A DNA stretch of 64,000 nucleotides from an uncultured virus (IMG/VR IMGVR_UViG_3300032053_000046) (Duplodnaviria > Heunggongvirae > Uroviricota > Caudoviricetes), in IMG/VR virus record IMGVR_UViG_3300032053_000046, one strand, 5' to 3'. A model generated the notes under the pieces. It did not search any database. It was given only the letters and a program-made list of their open reading frames with translations, and was not told the DNA's origin. Position numbers and translations under genes: made by a program. Shown in pieces: positions 1 to 9,501 of the stretch; the first letter of the stretch is position 1, and each line of letters begins with the position of its first letter.

Positions 1-1218
1 GATGAGGGGGGTAAGAAAGGTAAAAAGGGTAAGAAGGGTGATGATAGTGGTGAGCCGGGTGATGACGAGGGGGATGATTCAGGGGATGATGCGGGTGGTA
101 AAAAAGGCAAAAAGGGGGATGATTCGGGGGACGATAGCGGGGATTCGGGTGATGACAGTGGCGATGACAAGGGTGCAAAGGGAGAGCCTGGTAAGAAGGG
201 TAAAAAAGGTGAAAAGTCTGGTGAAAAACCAGCAGATGATAGATCCGATATTGAGAAGGGATTTGATGATGTTTTAGCTGATGCAGAGAAGACAGACAAA
301 GAGAATGAAAAGCAGGATAAAGAGGACAAGGATAATGGTGTTATTTCTAATATTGACCCTTATGACTCTGTGAATGGTGAGGTTAAGCCTGGACTTTCCA
401 AGATGGATGCTGCACTTGACAAACTTCTTGGAGACGCTGTTAATAAAACCGCAAGGGATCTAAAGTCTCTTGTTGGAAAAGACTTTGCTGGTGATGACCC
501 GGATCTTCAGGCAGCTATTGATGCTGAATTTGGTAAAGGTGTACTTGATATTTCCAAGATTTCCGCTGTTAAGAGTTTGGGGTCTGCTCGTAGATGGCGT
601 ACAATAATGCAGAAGATTATGGCAAATATACTTGGGGTTGGTGAAGGCCGTGATCCTAATGCTCCATCAAGACGAATCGAAGGATGGACAGGTAGAGACA
701 TTGAGGTTCCTGCTATTGATAGTATTCTTATTATGTGTGATAGGTCACAGTCTTTTGAGTCAATGCAGAAATACAAGCCTGCACTGATGGCTCTTAAAGA
801 TTTCTTTGACACTTATCGGGATATTTTGGGTAATACTGTTGTTCATGTAATGTATTGGGGGAGTCCTAAAACTAACCAATATGTTAGATATGCCAGCTTT
901 AATTCAAGTCATCTAAAGGCTATGTTAGGTAATTCCTTTAAGGGCCAACTTACATATTTTTCACATAATTTTATGGATGCAATTGCAAAGTGTCATAATC
1001 CTGATATGATTATTCAGCTTACTGACGGAGAATTTTCGGATGTGGTTGAGAGTAAAATTCACCCTAAGTTTCCTGCTGTTTGGACATCCCGAATAAAGCA
1101 AAGAACTGTTTGGGTTGTTCCAAAGACGAATATGACCGGAATCCAGATAATTCTTAGTATTGATCCATTAGCAAAACATCGGCTTGTCATATATCCGATA
1201 GGTGACGTTGCACCGTGA
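1..1218 (+). CDS. vWA-domain protein (DUF2201-like), 5'-truncated by the window edge; Gly/Asp/Lys low-complexity linker then vWA domain
   Basis: Frame 1 is open from base 1 (DEGGKKGKKGKKGDDSG...) into the listed 370..1218 ORF; MIDAS-like ILIMCDRSQS and IIQLTDGE motifs. Confidence 0.7.
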   Translation, partial: DEGGKKGKKGKKGDDSGEPGDDEGDDSGDDAGGKKGKKGDDSGDDSGDSGDDSGDDKGAKGEPGKKGKKGEKSGEKPADDRSDIEKGFDDVLADAEKTDKENEKQDKEDKDNGVISNIDPYDSVNGEVKPGLSKMDAALDKLLGDAVNKTARDLKSLVGKDFAGDDPDLQAAIDAEFGKGVLDISKISAVKSLGSARRWRTIMQKIMANILGVGEGRDPNAPSRRIEGWTGRDIEVPAIDSILIMCDRSQSFESMQKYKPALMALKDFFDTYRDILGNTVVHVMYWGSPKTNQYVRYASFNSSHLKAMLGNSFKGQLTYFSHNFMDAIAKCHNPDMIIQLTDGEFSDVVESKIHPKFPAVWTSRIKQRTVWVVPKTNMTGIQIILSIDPLAKHRLVIYPIGDVAP

Positions 1219-1245
1219 TAAACTATTAGTAATGAGGGATGGTAA

Positions 1246-2766
1246 ATGGAAAACGAAAATATCCTGATAGATGATTATTACCCTGAGACAGACTCTCAAT
1301 CTTTTGAGTTAGTTACTGAGAAGGAGAGTCTTCGTCCCGGTGTGATTATGAAGGTTCGTGGTCCTATTGGTATCACGGAGACTGAAAACAGGAATGGTCG
1401 TGTTTATACTAACGAGTTTTGGGATAAGGTGTTAGGTCGTGATGACATTCAGGAAGCCATAAGGGAGCGTGCATTAGTTGGTGCTGCTGACCATCCTACA
1501 GATAAGTTTGTTCCTCCATTGTCTACTGTTTCTCATGTAATGACAAAGGCATGGGTGGAGAAGGATAAGAAGGCATTGATGGCTGAGTCGGAGGTTCTTG
1601 ATACTCCGATGGGTAGAATTGTTTCCACTTTATTCAAGGCAAATGTGAAGTTAGGTGCATCTACCCGTGGTGGTGGTAATACAATTGCAAAAGAAGGTAA
1701 GAATTTTGTTTCAGAGAAGGGGTATAAGTGGGGTGGGTTTGACTTTGTTTTCGAGCCATCTGCTCAAAACGCATATCCCAAGCCGGTTCGTGAGCAGATA
1801 GAGAAGATTATCTGTGAGTCTTCCCCTGATTCTTTTCAGGAAGATCCTGCATATTTCAAGGGTATTTTAGAGAAACTTGGATGTAACAGTAATTTAATTT
1901 TGGAGAGGGTTAAGCAGCCGAAGACTACTTTGAATGAGGATTCTGATAAGAAAACAACGTCTTCTGACAAAGATAAACTTGTAGTTGAGGAATTGAAGAA
2001 GGAGGTTGAAGTTCTTAGAAAGAATGTGAAATCTCTTAGGGAGTCTTTGATTTCCAAGGATTCTATGTTACGTGAGTCTGTTTTTCAGGTTAAAGAGTTA
2101 AAAGAGAAAATATCGGTTTTGGTTGAGTCTGTTGATGTTTCTGTGGGTGTTTCTGTTGACGATTCTAAGGAACCTGAGTCTTCTCAAAAGGAAATGCAGG
2201 GTCTTGAGAATTTGTATGATACCGTCAAACTTGAAAATGATATTCTTTTGGCTAACTACCAAGAGGCTATCAATCTTGCCAAAGCGAAGAAATCGCAAGT
2301 GGTAATTGAATCTCATGTTGACAAGGTATCAGAAGAGAAATTTCAGGATCTCTATGCAAAACTTCTACAATATGGAAGAAAAGTTTCCTCTTTGACGGAA
2401 TCAGGCGATCTTCTCAGTAAGAAGATTGATGAACTGAAGAAAAGTAACGAAGCTCTTAGGGTTGAGAGACGAAAACTCATCTCTGAAAAGGCTTCTTTGT
2501 ATTCTAGGCTTAACTTGGTTATTCAAGAGACTGAGGAGTCAGCAGACGAGGAAGAGCTTCTTCTTGACGAAGAGGAAAATAAGATTCAAGAAGTTGTTCC
2601 CCAAGTTGAATCAAAGCCTCTTGTGCAGAAGGCAGTAAGACCACGACTTTTTGAAAATTCTTTGGATTCAGTTGTTGGTGGTCTTCGGGTTATGAGTGAG
2701 GGTTTGGAATCAGCTAAAAGAACGTCTCAGGCTGATGCTGTTTGTGATCTTATCCGAAAAATCTAA
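1246..2766 (+). CDS. Prohead protease (T4 gp21-like) fused to a coiled-coil scaffold region
   Basis: ENRNGRVY, GAADHP, VSHV, EVLDTPMGRIV, LGASTRGGG and FDFVFEPSA motifs; charged coiled-coil C-terminal half; directly upstream of the MCP. Confidence 0.9.
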   Translation: MENENILIDDYYPETDSQSFELVTEKESLRPGVIMKVRGPIGITETENRNGRVYTNEFWDKVLGRDDIQEAIRERALVGAADHPTDKFVPPLSTVSHVMTKAWVEKDKKALMAESEVLDTPMGRIVSTLFKANVKLGASTRGGGNTIAKEGKNFVSEKGYKWGGFDFVFEPSAQNAYPKPVREQIEKIICESSPDSFQEDPAYFKGILEKLGCNSNLILERVKQPKTTLNEDSDKKTTSSDKDKLVVEELKKEVEVLRKNVKSLRESLISKDSMLRESVFQVKELKEKISVLVESVDVSVGVSVDDSKEPESSQKEMQGLENLYDTVKLENDILLANYQEAINLAKAKKSQVVIESHVDKVSEEKFQDLYAKLLQYGRKVSSLTESGDLLSKKIDELKKSNEALRVERRKLISEKASLYSRLNLVIQETEESADEEELLLDEEENKIQEVVPQVESKPLVQKAVRPRLFENSLDSVVGGLRVMSEGLESAKRTSQADAVCDLIRKI

Positions 2767-2781
2767 CCGGGGAGTTGTATC

Positions 2782-4215
2782 ATGGCGAAGGCTCTGAATG
2801 AAGTTGCTCTTAACGAAGCGAAGGACGCTCTTTTTGGTATGGCTGACTATGCTATGTCAAAGTGGTCAGACATCCTTGAGGGTGTGAAGCGTGGTAAGCC
2901 GGAAGTTAGTGAGTTGACGCTTGCTACTACGGCTATCTGCTTGGAAAACACTGATCGTTTCTTCAAGCGTATGGACGAGACAACGGCGGCAGTGAATGTT
3001 GGTTCTTTCATCAAGCACGGGTTTGAATTGATTGCGGCTGTTCTTCCTTCACTGATTGCGAATGAGATTGTTTCCGTGCAGCCGATGACCCGCCGACAGG
3101 GAGAAATCTTCTTCCTTGAATTCCTGTATGGTACGACTCGTGGTGATATTGCTGCCGGTACGAAGATGTTTGCTTACGATGTGGCAGGTTCGGCACAGGC
3201 CGGTGCTGGTATCAGCTACACCCATGAAAAAGAGATTGTGCAGACTCTTTCTACTGGTGATGGTGCCCATGTTCATTATGGTGGGGCGGGTGTTGCGATT
3301 GCTCCTCTGAATGCTCATCCTCTTGTTGCTGGTACTCTTGTCATAACCGCTAAGAAGGGCGGCGGTGTTGTTATGACAGTGCATGATGATGGTACTGGTA
3401 ATCTGATTGGTGATATTGGCGCACCGTCAAGTGTTGTTCTGACTACTGGTGTTGTGGATGTTACTTTTGCGAATAACGTAGCTGTTGGTGAAGTGGTTTC
3501 AGCGGTGTACGATAATAACTTTGAGACAAACTCAGAGCTTATTCCTGAAGTTGACATTTCCATTACGTCAATTCCCGTAACTGCTGAAAACCAGAAGTGC
3601 CGTGCTCGGTATACTCTGGATGCGGCGTGGGATGTGGAGCAGGCGTTTGGTCGTTCGGTTGACACCGAACTGAAGGCTTCACTTGCTGCGGAAGTTCGTC
3701 AGGAGACAGACGGACGTATTCTGAGTGAGCTTATGGCCGGTGGTACTGCTACGGGTTATACCTTCAACCGTACCCCTGATACGGGAGTTCCTTGGAGTGA
3801 GCACAAGTGGGCGTTCTATGATAAGAGCGTTCTGCCTACGTCGAATGCGATCTTCCAAGCGACTCGTCGTGCGGTTGGTAACTTTATGGCAGTTGGTACG
3901 GACGTGTCTTCGGTGGTCGAGGCTCTTGCTCCTCTGTTTAAGAGGGAAGGTACGATTCAGCCGGGACCGCATTATCTTGGTACTCTTGGTGATTTCCGTG
4001 TTTACAAGAACCCGTATTACAATTCCCTGAAATATTTGCTCGGTTACAAGGGCAATATGTTCTTGGAGGCTGGATACGTGTGGGCACCGTACCTCCCGTT
4101 GTACACTACCCGTACCATCGTTCTTGATGATATGGTTGGTCGGTTCGGTATGGTGCAGAGTTACGGGCGTAAGTTCGTGAACTCGAAGTTCTTCGCTCCT
4201 GTCACTATTTCGTAG
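2782..4215 (+). CDS. Major capsid protein (T4 gp23-like)
   Basis: LIANEIVSVQPM, IFFLEFLYG, LLGYKG..FLEAGYVWAPYLPL motifs; GGGAG RBS; terminator downstream. Confidence 0.95.
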   Translation: MAKALNEVALNEAKDALFGMADYAMSKWSDILEGVKRGKPEVSELTLATTAICLENTDRFFKRMDETTAAVNVGSFIKHGFELIAAVLPSLIANEIVSVQPMTRRQGEIFFLEFLYGTTRGDIAAGTKMFAYDVAGSAQAGAGISYTHEKEIVQTLSTGDGAHVHYGGAGVAIAPLNAHPLVAGTLVITAKKGGGVVMTVHDDGTGNLIGDIGAPSSVVLTTGVVDVTFANNVAVGEVVSAVYDNNFETNSELIPEVDISITSIPVTAENQKCRARYTLDAAWDVEQAFGRSVDTELKASLAAEVRQETDGRILSELMAGGTATGYTFNRTPDTGVPWSEHKWAFYDKSVLPTSNAIFQATRRAVGNFMAVGTDVSSVVEALAPLFKREGTIQPGPHYLGTLGDFRVYKNPYYNSLKYLLGYKGNMFLEAGYVWAPYLPLYTTRTIVLDDMVGRFGMVQSYGRKFVNSKFFAPVTIS

Positions 4216-4252
4216 TGGGGGAGATTGAAACGTCTATTGGTTTACTTAGGGG

Positions 4253-4286
4253 AAGGTGCGGGGGATCTCCCCGCACTTTTTCTTTT
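4253..4286 (+). terminator. Rho-independent terminator after MCP
   Basis: GTGCGGGG-gatct-CCCCGCAC followed by TTTTTCTTTT. Confidence 0.85.
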
Positions 4287-4309
4287 GACACTCTAAGAAA
4301 GGTAAAATT

Positions 4310-4684
4310 ATGTATCTCGTGACTCACACTGGTAAGAATTCTTTGGTTATCATGGTCAACAAAAAGGAAGTTTATTTTAAGCCATTTCTTCCTGTTGAGA
4401 TTGATACCATTTCAAAATCAGAGATGGAACTTCTCAAAAACATTCCAATGTTGATTGAGGAGTTTAGTATTGATTCTCCAGTAGTTGAGTTACCTGTAGT
4501 TGGTGGTGAGAGTTTGTCAGCAGGAGTTTCAGAAAATATTTCTATGATAGATTCTGTTCCTATGTCTGACTCTTCATCAATTACAGCAGTAGAGTCTGCC
4601 CCTGTGAAACCAGAGAAAGAAAAGAGTGCAAAGATACCTAACGATCTTAGGTCATTTGGTCGAAAGAGAAAGAGTGATTTGTGA
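4310..4684 (+). CDS. Hypothetical protein (head module)
   Basis: 124-aa ORF with RBS-like AAAGG, overlaps next start (GTGA). Confidence 0.7.
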   Translation: MYLVTHTGKNSLVIMVNKKEVYFKPFLPVEIDTISKSEMELLKNIPMLIEEFSIDSPVVELPVVGGESLSAGVSENISMIDSVPMSDSSSITAVESAPVKPEKEKSAKIPNDLRSFGRKRKSDL

Positions 4685-5391
4685 CTGAAGCAGATGCAGT
4701 AACGTGGATTAAGCACACTCTTACGGGTGATAATGTAGTTGACTTAGAGGTAGAAGATACCGCTATCACTACATTTATTCGTGAGGCTGTGCGTCGTGTT
4801 ACACCTTGGTATCACGAGCCGAGAGTGTACGAGACTATCCCTGTTATTGGAACCAGTAAAACAGATGCAGCAGGAAACAGTGTTTTCTTTCTGAAATCCG
4901 CTTTATCAAAACCAGTAGATACAATACATGATATTTACAACACACAACAAGAGTCTGCTGGTGCTGCTGATATAGATTCAAATCTTTATGGTTTACAGAG
5001 TAGGATGGTGTATACAGCGGACATTGCTCATGCTGCATATTATCAAGGGTTTCAGAGTCAATTAAGTACGTTTGTTGGAAATAAGATCCGGTGGGTAGAC
5101 CTAAAAGATCGTGTTCTTGTTTCCGGGTATTTTTATGAAAATAGAGTAACTGTTTTCTATTCTCCAAAAGTGAATGTGATTGATGATATGAGTTGGGATA
5201 AGGCAATTACTTGGGTATTGGATTTCTCTCTTGCAAAGTCGATGGAAGCAGCCGCGAGGATTCGTGGTAAGTTCAAGGGTGGGGATATTAACATGGAGAC
5301 AGATGCGGATGAGATGATAGGTACTGTTCAGACTATGCTTTCTGACCTTATGGACCAGTTAGGGACTTTGCAGCTTGTGGAATCGTTGTGA
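4681..5391 (+). CDS. Neck / head-tail adaptor protein (T4 gp13-like)
   Basis: Position after MCP; VVDLEVED..I..FI.EA and W..DFSLAKSME..ARIRGKF motifs. Confidence 0.7.
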   Translation: MTEADAVTWIKHTLTGDNVVDLEVEDTAITTFIREAVRRVTPWYHEPRVYETIPVIGTSKTDAAGNSVFFLKSALSKPVDTIHDIYNTQQESAGAADIDSNLYGLQSRMVYTADIAHAAYYQGFQSQLSTFVGNKIRWVDLKDRVLVSGYFYENRVTVFYSPKVNVIDDMSWDKAITWVLDFSLAKSMEAAARIRGKFKGGDINMETDADEMIGTVQTMLSDLMDQLGTLQLVESL

Positions 5392-5396
5392 GGTAG

Positions 5397-5972
5397 GTGA
5401 TGCCAATTATCAATCCCGATACTCATTATGATTTTACCACACAACTCGCTAAGAAAGAGACTCAGGATCTAATTGCTTATAAGAGGATGGCTCTTGAGAA
5501 GTATAAAAGAAGGTTTCCAGAAGTAAAGTATCTTTCATTTCTTTTGCCTCAACAAGCAGCATCCGGTGGGATAACAACAGATACTACAAAGTCTATTGTT
5601 GATGATTTGTGGGGTGAGACAGTTCCGGTAGAGTTAGCAGGGAGTTTTGAGCAACCCCATGCTAATCCTGCAATAGATTCTACTAAATATGATAAGTTTG
5701 CTTCTCCTTGTGATGTGAATGTAAATCTTGTTTGGGAGAAGTCAGAGAAGAATCTTGTAAAGCAGGGAATTGATGATGTACATGCTCCAAGATTTGTGTT
5801 TTTGAATTATCAGTTTGAGATGTACCGATTGAAGATAAAGCCACAAGATAGGTTTGTCTGGAGAGACAATATTTACGAGGTAGAGACTTATGAGTTGACA
5901 GGGCGTTGGTTTAACACAGATTATTTCCTTTATTCTTCTGTAACAGCGAAATCCAAACAACCCGGCTCATAG
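5397..5972 (+). CDS. Neck / head-closure protein (T4 gp14-like)
   Basis: DDLWGE and KPQDRFVWRDNIYEV motifs; follows the gp13-like gene. Confidence 0.6.
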   Translation: MMPIINPDTHYDFTTQLAKKETQDLIAYKRMALEKYKRRFPEVKYLSFLLPQQAASGGITTDTTKSIVDDLWGETVPVELAGSFEQPHANPAIDSTKYDKFASPCDVNVNLVWEKSEKNLVKQGIDDVHAPRFVFLNYQFEMYRLKIKPQDRFVWRDNIYEVETYELTGRWFNTDYFLYSSVTAKSKQPGS

Positions 5973-6026
5973 CGATTTCAAGATATACTTTGAAGGAACG
6001 GTTGTAGATATTTCACAGGAGCTTTT

Positions 6027-7688
6027 ATGCGATTCTCTCAGAAAGACATGTTTAATGCTGTAAACGAAGTATCACCTACACAGGTGTACGAGTTTGTGAA
6101 GGACAAGTTGGGATTTGTAAGGAATTGGACGGGCAATATTGATGACCATAAGGACATGATTGAAAAAGCCTTTGGGATGTACTACAATGCTGGTCTTCCT
6201 GACCGGGATTTGGTTAGTGAGAAAATTGCAAAGAAAGATTACTCTGGTGCTGCCAATTTGATGTTGAGTATGGCCGGTGGTGGTAATGTTGATTTCCATG
6301 ACTTCAATCAGGCGACAGGATACAAGTCAAAGGGGTATGACATGTTAGAAGCAAGGGCAGAGCATAAGATTGATAAGACCTCTTTGATCCGTTATGCTAC
6401 TGAGCAGGGTAAGAGGGTGTTTGGGAATAATCTTTCGTATGAAAAGGTCGAGAGCATGGTTCGTCGTGCTGTTGACCTGACGCGGGAGCAGTCTGGTGAT
6501 ACCAATACGGCACTTGGTATTCTTCGTCGTTTTCTGTCACCTATGTCTGAGAGTGTTGTAAGGGAGTCCAGTATTGATGATTTGATTGATCGTGAGATAG
6601 CTCCTGAGTTTGGTCTTGAGAGTGTTGAGGAGTTTGAGGATATTGACTTTGATGATCTTGAGGAAGCGGCAAAAGGCAAGGGTTCCGCGAAGGCAATTTT
6701 GCAAAAGGCAGTGAAGAAGGCAGAAAAAGAATACAACGTAGACGAGCCTGAAGCAAAGTCGATGATCTTTGGACGGCTCCGTAAACTTCGTAGTAAGCCC
6801 AAGGGAAAGAGGAAGGCTAAGAAGGATGAGCAGACAGTTGGGGAGTCTGCATACAACGACACGTCTGTTTCGGCTGGTGGTGCTGCTGCCGGGTCGTTCC
6901 CGCACGAGCCGACAATTTCAAAAAAGAATCCGATAGACCATAAGGACGATTACTTGCCTAAGAAGAACAAGAAAAAGGATGCGATGGCTGGTGAGGATGA
7001 GGGAGATGAGGACACGGTAGCTGAGGGCTGGAATGATACCTCTGTTTCGGCTGGTGGTGCAGCATCGGGTTCGTTCCCGCACGAGCCAACAATTTCAAAA
7101 AAGAATCCTATTGACCATCACGATGACTACCTTCCGGCTGATAAGCTCTTCTTCAAGGACATTGAGAAGGGCGATCAGGGGGATGTTAAGGATCTGCTTC
7201 AGGGTAAGGCCAGCAAGAAGACTGTGGAAAGTTTTTTGAATTCTGAGATTTCCTACGAGGAACTGACACAGGCAATTGAGGATGATGAGGTTGTTGAGGA
7301 GTTAGATGAGATTGTTTATCCTATTGATGAGAAGGAGCATGTTGATCCTGCTTTTTCTGCAAGAAGTAAGATGTATCCCGGCGCAAAGAAGACCAAGAAA
7401 AATGAGCAGTACATCGAAGAAGGCTCTGCTGGTATTCAGCGTTTTGGTGTTGCAACTGGTGATACTATTAGTTATGGTGGTGAGGAGCTTCAGGTTGCAG
7501 CATTTCAGTATACCGATCCTACTAAGGGGATGTTCCTTGGTTTAGGTGATGGTGCTTATCCGTCAGACTATGATGTTCCTAATGGGGCGTGGATTGCTTA
7601 CGTGTATAGCAAGACTGACGGGGTGAATATTTGGGCATGGGGAGACAACTCGGAAGAGGCAGTGGACGAGCTTCTGAGTGTGTTCTGA
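6027..7688 (+). CDS. Large acidic, modular head-associated protein (probable internal/core protein)
   Basis: 553 aa, AGGAG RBS, many xxE-(S/A/G) junctions and an internal 35-aa duplication. Confidence 0.6.
   Translation: MRFSQKDMFNAVNEVSPTQVYEFVKDKLGFVRNWTGNIDDHKDMIEKAFGMYYNAGLPDRDLVSEKIAKKDYSGAANLMLSMAGGGNVDFHDFNQATGYKSKGYDMLEARAEHKIDKTSLIRYATEQGKRVFGNNLSYEKVESMVRRAVDLTREQSGDTNTALGILRRFLSPMSESVVRESSIDDLIDREIAPEFGLESVEEFEDIDFDDLEEAAKGKGSAKAILQKAVKKAEKEYNVDEPEAKSMIFGRLRKLRSKPKGKRKAKKDEQTVGESAYNDTSVSAGGAAAGSFPHEPTISKKNPIDHKDDYLPKKNKKKDAMAGEDEGDEDTVAEGWNDTSVSAGGAASGSFPHEPTISKKNPIDHHDDYLPADKLFFKDIEKGDQGDVKDLLQGKASKKTVESFLNSEISYEELTQAIEDDEVVEELDEIVYPIDEKEHVDPAFSARSKMYPGAKKTKKNEQYIEEGSAGIQRFGVATGDTISYGGEELQVAAFQYTDPTKGMFLGLGDGAYPSDYDVPNGAWIAYVYSKTDGVNIWAWGDNSEEAVDELLSVF
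6855..7136 (+). repeat. Intragenic direct repeat, two ~105-bp copies (6855-6959, 7032-7136)
   Basis: NDTSVSAGGAA(A/S)GSFPHEPTISKKNPIDH(K/H)DDYLP encoded twice, 177 bp apart, mostly synonymous differences. Confidence 0.95.
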
Positions 7689-7728
7689 TAATTATGGCAA
7701 CGAAGTTAGTTAGGACCAATAAGAAAGG

Positions 7729-7757
7729 AATCCCCTCTTGAAAAGGAGGGGATTTTT
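7729..7757 (+). terminator. Rho-independent terminator
   Basis: AATCCCCTCTT-gaaa-AGGAGGGGATT followed by TTT. Confidence 0.8.
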
Positions 7758-7762
7758 AATTT

Positions 7763-8248
7763 ATGGAGTTTATTATAGATAATCAGGTTGTTTTAATAGA
7801 TGATGAAGATTGGACTTTAGTTCAGGGGTATAATTGGCATATAAGTAGAAAAGGATATGTTGTGGCTAAGATAGGACCAGCAAGTAGAAGAAGGGATGTC
7901 TTTTTACATCGTCTTGTGTTGAGATTTTCTTTTGGTGATCATGTTCTTGTTGATCATATTCATCACATTCTTACAGACTGCCGTAAGTCTGAGCTTCGTA
8001 CTGTAAACTATTCTCAAAATTCAATGAATCATAAGGTTTTAGAGAGAAGTTCTTCCAGACATTCTGGAGTATGCTTTGACCGTAGTAGAAGTAGGTGGAA
8101 GGCTTATATAGGGGTTAGTAGAAGAAGGGTTTATCTAGGTAATTTTAACACTAAAGAAGATTCTATCAGAGCAAGAAATTTAGCAGAGAAGCTGTATTTT
8201 GGAGAATATGCTTACATTGAGCAAGGTGTATCTTGTATAAAAATATAA
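7763..8248 (+). mobile_element. Free-standing HNH-AP2 homing endonuclease gene
   Basis: LIDDED..LV..YNWH...GYV, LHRLV, VDHIHH..TDCRKSELR..NYSQN (HNH_3-like) and SGVCFD..RSRWKAYI..YLGNF.T.E (AP2) motifs. Confidence 0.88.
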
Positions 8249-8856
8249 AGACGAGACAGAAGGCAGTAAAATGGGGGGTTCAAGTCCCTTTATATTATTT
8301 TGGGATGGTTCCTGATATTATTAAGGCAACAGGTGAGGCTTTTGTAAAGTCTCTTGCAGCGGATAGTGCAAAGCAGATAAAGAGAAATATAATTCGTCAG
8401 ACTTACAATCATAAACCTCTTAATCTTAACTATAAGCACTGGAAAAAGAAAAAAGGCTATGATACCCGTATTTTGATACGGACACGGTTTTTCTTAGATA
8501 ATATTGGGTCATTCAAAGAACATGAAAAGAATGCTATTGTTTATAGGGTTGGGGTAAAGGATCTTCAGTATCCCAACAAGAAGAAGTTGCAGACAATAGC
8601 ACGGTACTTGGAGTATGGTACATCAAAGATGCCAGCACGTCCTGTTTTTAGACCTATGAGTAGAGAGATAAGCGCACATATTCATTCTCATGTACTAAGA
8701 CTTGTCAACTCCCTAAACATTAACCTGAAAAAGAAGCTGCCTTACGTGAGTATAGATCAGTTGCTTTCAAGGGCATTGCGGCAGGGGGATATGGAGGTTG
8801 TGCCTCATCGAAGAGTAGTTATACGGGGAATGTTGAAAAGACGGCATATAACATAG
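8233..8856 (+). CDS. Neck/tail completion protein (HK97 gp10-like)
   Basis: ARYLEYGTSKMPARPVFRP signature; basic protein. Confidence 0.75.
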   Translation: MYKNIKTRQKAVKWGVQVPLYYFGMVPDIIKATGEAFVKSLAADSAKQIKRNIIRQTYNHKPLNLNYKHWKKKKGYDTRILIRTRFFLDNIGSFKEHEKNAIVYRVGVKDLQYPNKKKLQTIARYLEYGTSKMPARPVFRPMSREISAHIHSHVLRLVNSLNINLKKKLPYVSIDQLLSRALRQGDMEVVPHRRVVIRGMLKRRHIT

Positions 8857-8868
8857 GTATTTTGAAGT

Positions 8869-9267
8869 ATGGATTGGATTTTGAGGGCGAAAATAAATCG
8901 TGTTCTGGATTGCCGGTCCTTGGATCTGGTTTTTGATTTAGGATTTTCAATTAAATTCAGGCACGACGTATTTTTGAATGATTATGTTGTTGAGGATTCT
9001 TTACGGGCAGAGGCGAAGAATTGTTTGATCTTATTGATAGGTGGTCATAGGGTTATTGTTAAGTCTGAAAAGAAGGATGGGATTTACATAGCGAAGGTTT
9101 ATCTTTATATACCAACGAAAATTTCAGGATGTAATGATGATGTTGGGGATAAGAGATTACAGTGTGTAAACAGGGTAATGTCTGTGTTGTCTTCAAGAGG
9201 GTATGATTCTGAGTATCTAAAGAGTATGCTTCCTGATGTTCGCCTGTTTGACAAAAATGAGGTTTAA
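8869..9267 (+). CDS. Thermonuclease (SNase)-fold protein, degenerate active site
   Basis: AKINRVLDCRSLDLVFDLGF resembles the phage SNase pattern xKVxRVVDGDTxDxxxDLGF. Confidence 0.5.
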   Translation: MDWILRAKINRVLDCRSLDLVFDLGFSIKFRHDVFLNDYVVEDSLRAEAKNCLILLIGGHRVIVKSEKKDGIYIAKVYLYIPTKISGCNDDVGDKRLQCVNRVMSVLSSRGYDSEYLKSMLPDVRLFDKNEV

Positions 9268-9297
9268 CGGGATATACTTTGTATAAGGAGGTGTATT

Positions 9298-9501
9298 ATG
9301 TTTTTTGATCCTAAGATTCTCAAGACCAAGACGTTCTGGACAGGTGTTGTGGCTATTGTTGGGGGTATTGGTATGATTGTGCAGGGGCATACTGTTGAGG
9401 GTATTCAGACGTGTATTCTGGGTATTCTCGCTATCACAGGCCGGGATGCTGTTTGCAAGATACTTGGTGATTCCTCTGTGTCTGAGCCGGAGAAGAGGTG
9501 A
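9298..9501 (+). CDS. Small two-TM membrane protein, holin-like
   Basis: AAGGAGG RBS; LKTKTFWTG followed by two hydrophobic segments. Confidence 0.6.
   Translation: MFFDPKILKTKTFWTGVVAIVGGIGMIVQGHTVEGIQTCILGILAITGRDAVCKILGDSSVSEPEKR

Noticed and set aside
2..277. 91-aa frame-2 ORF
   Set aside because: Shadow of the low-complexity frame-1 reading that continues into the vWA gene
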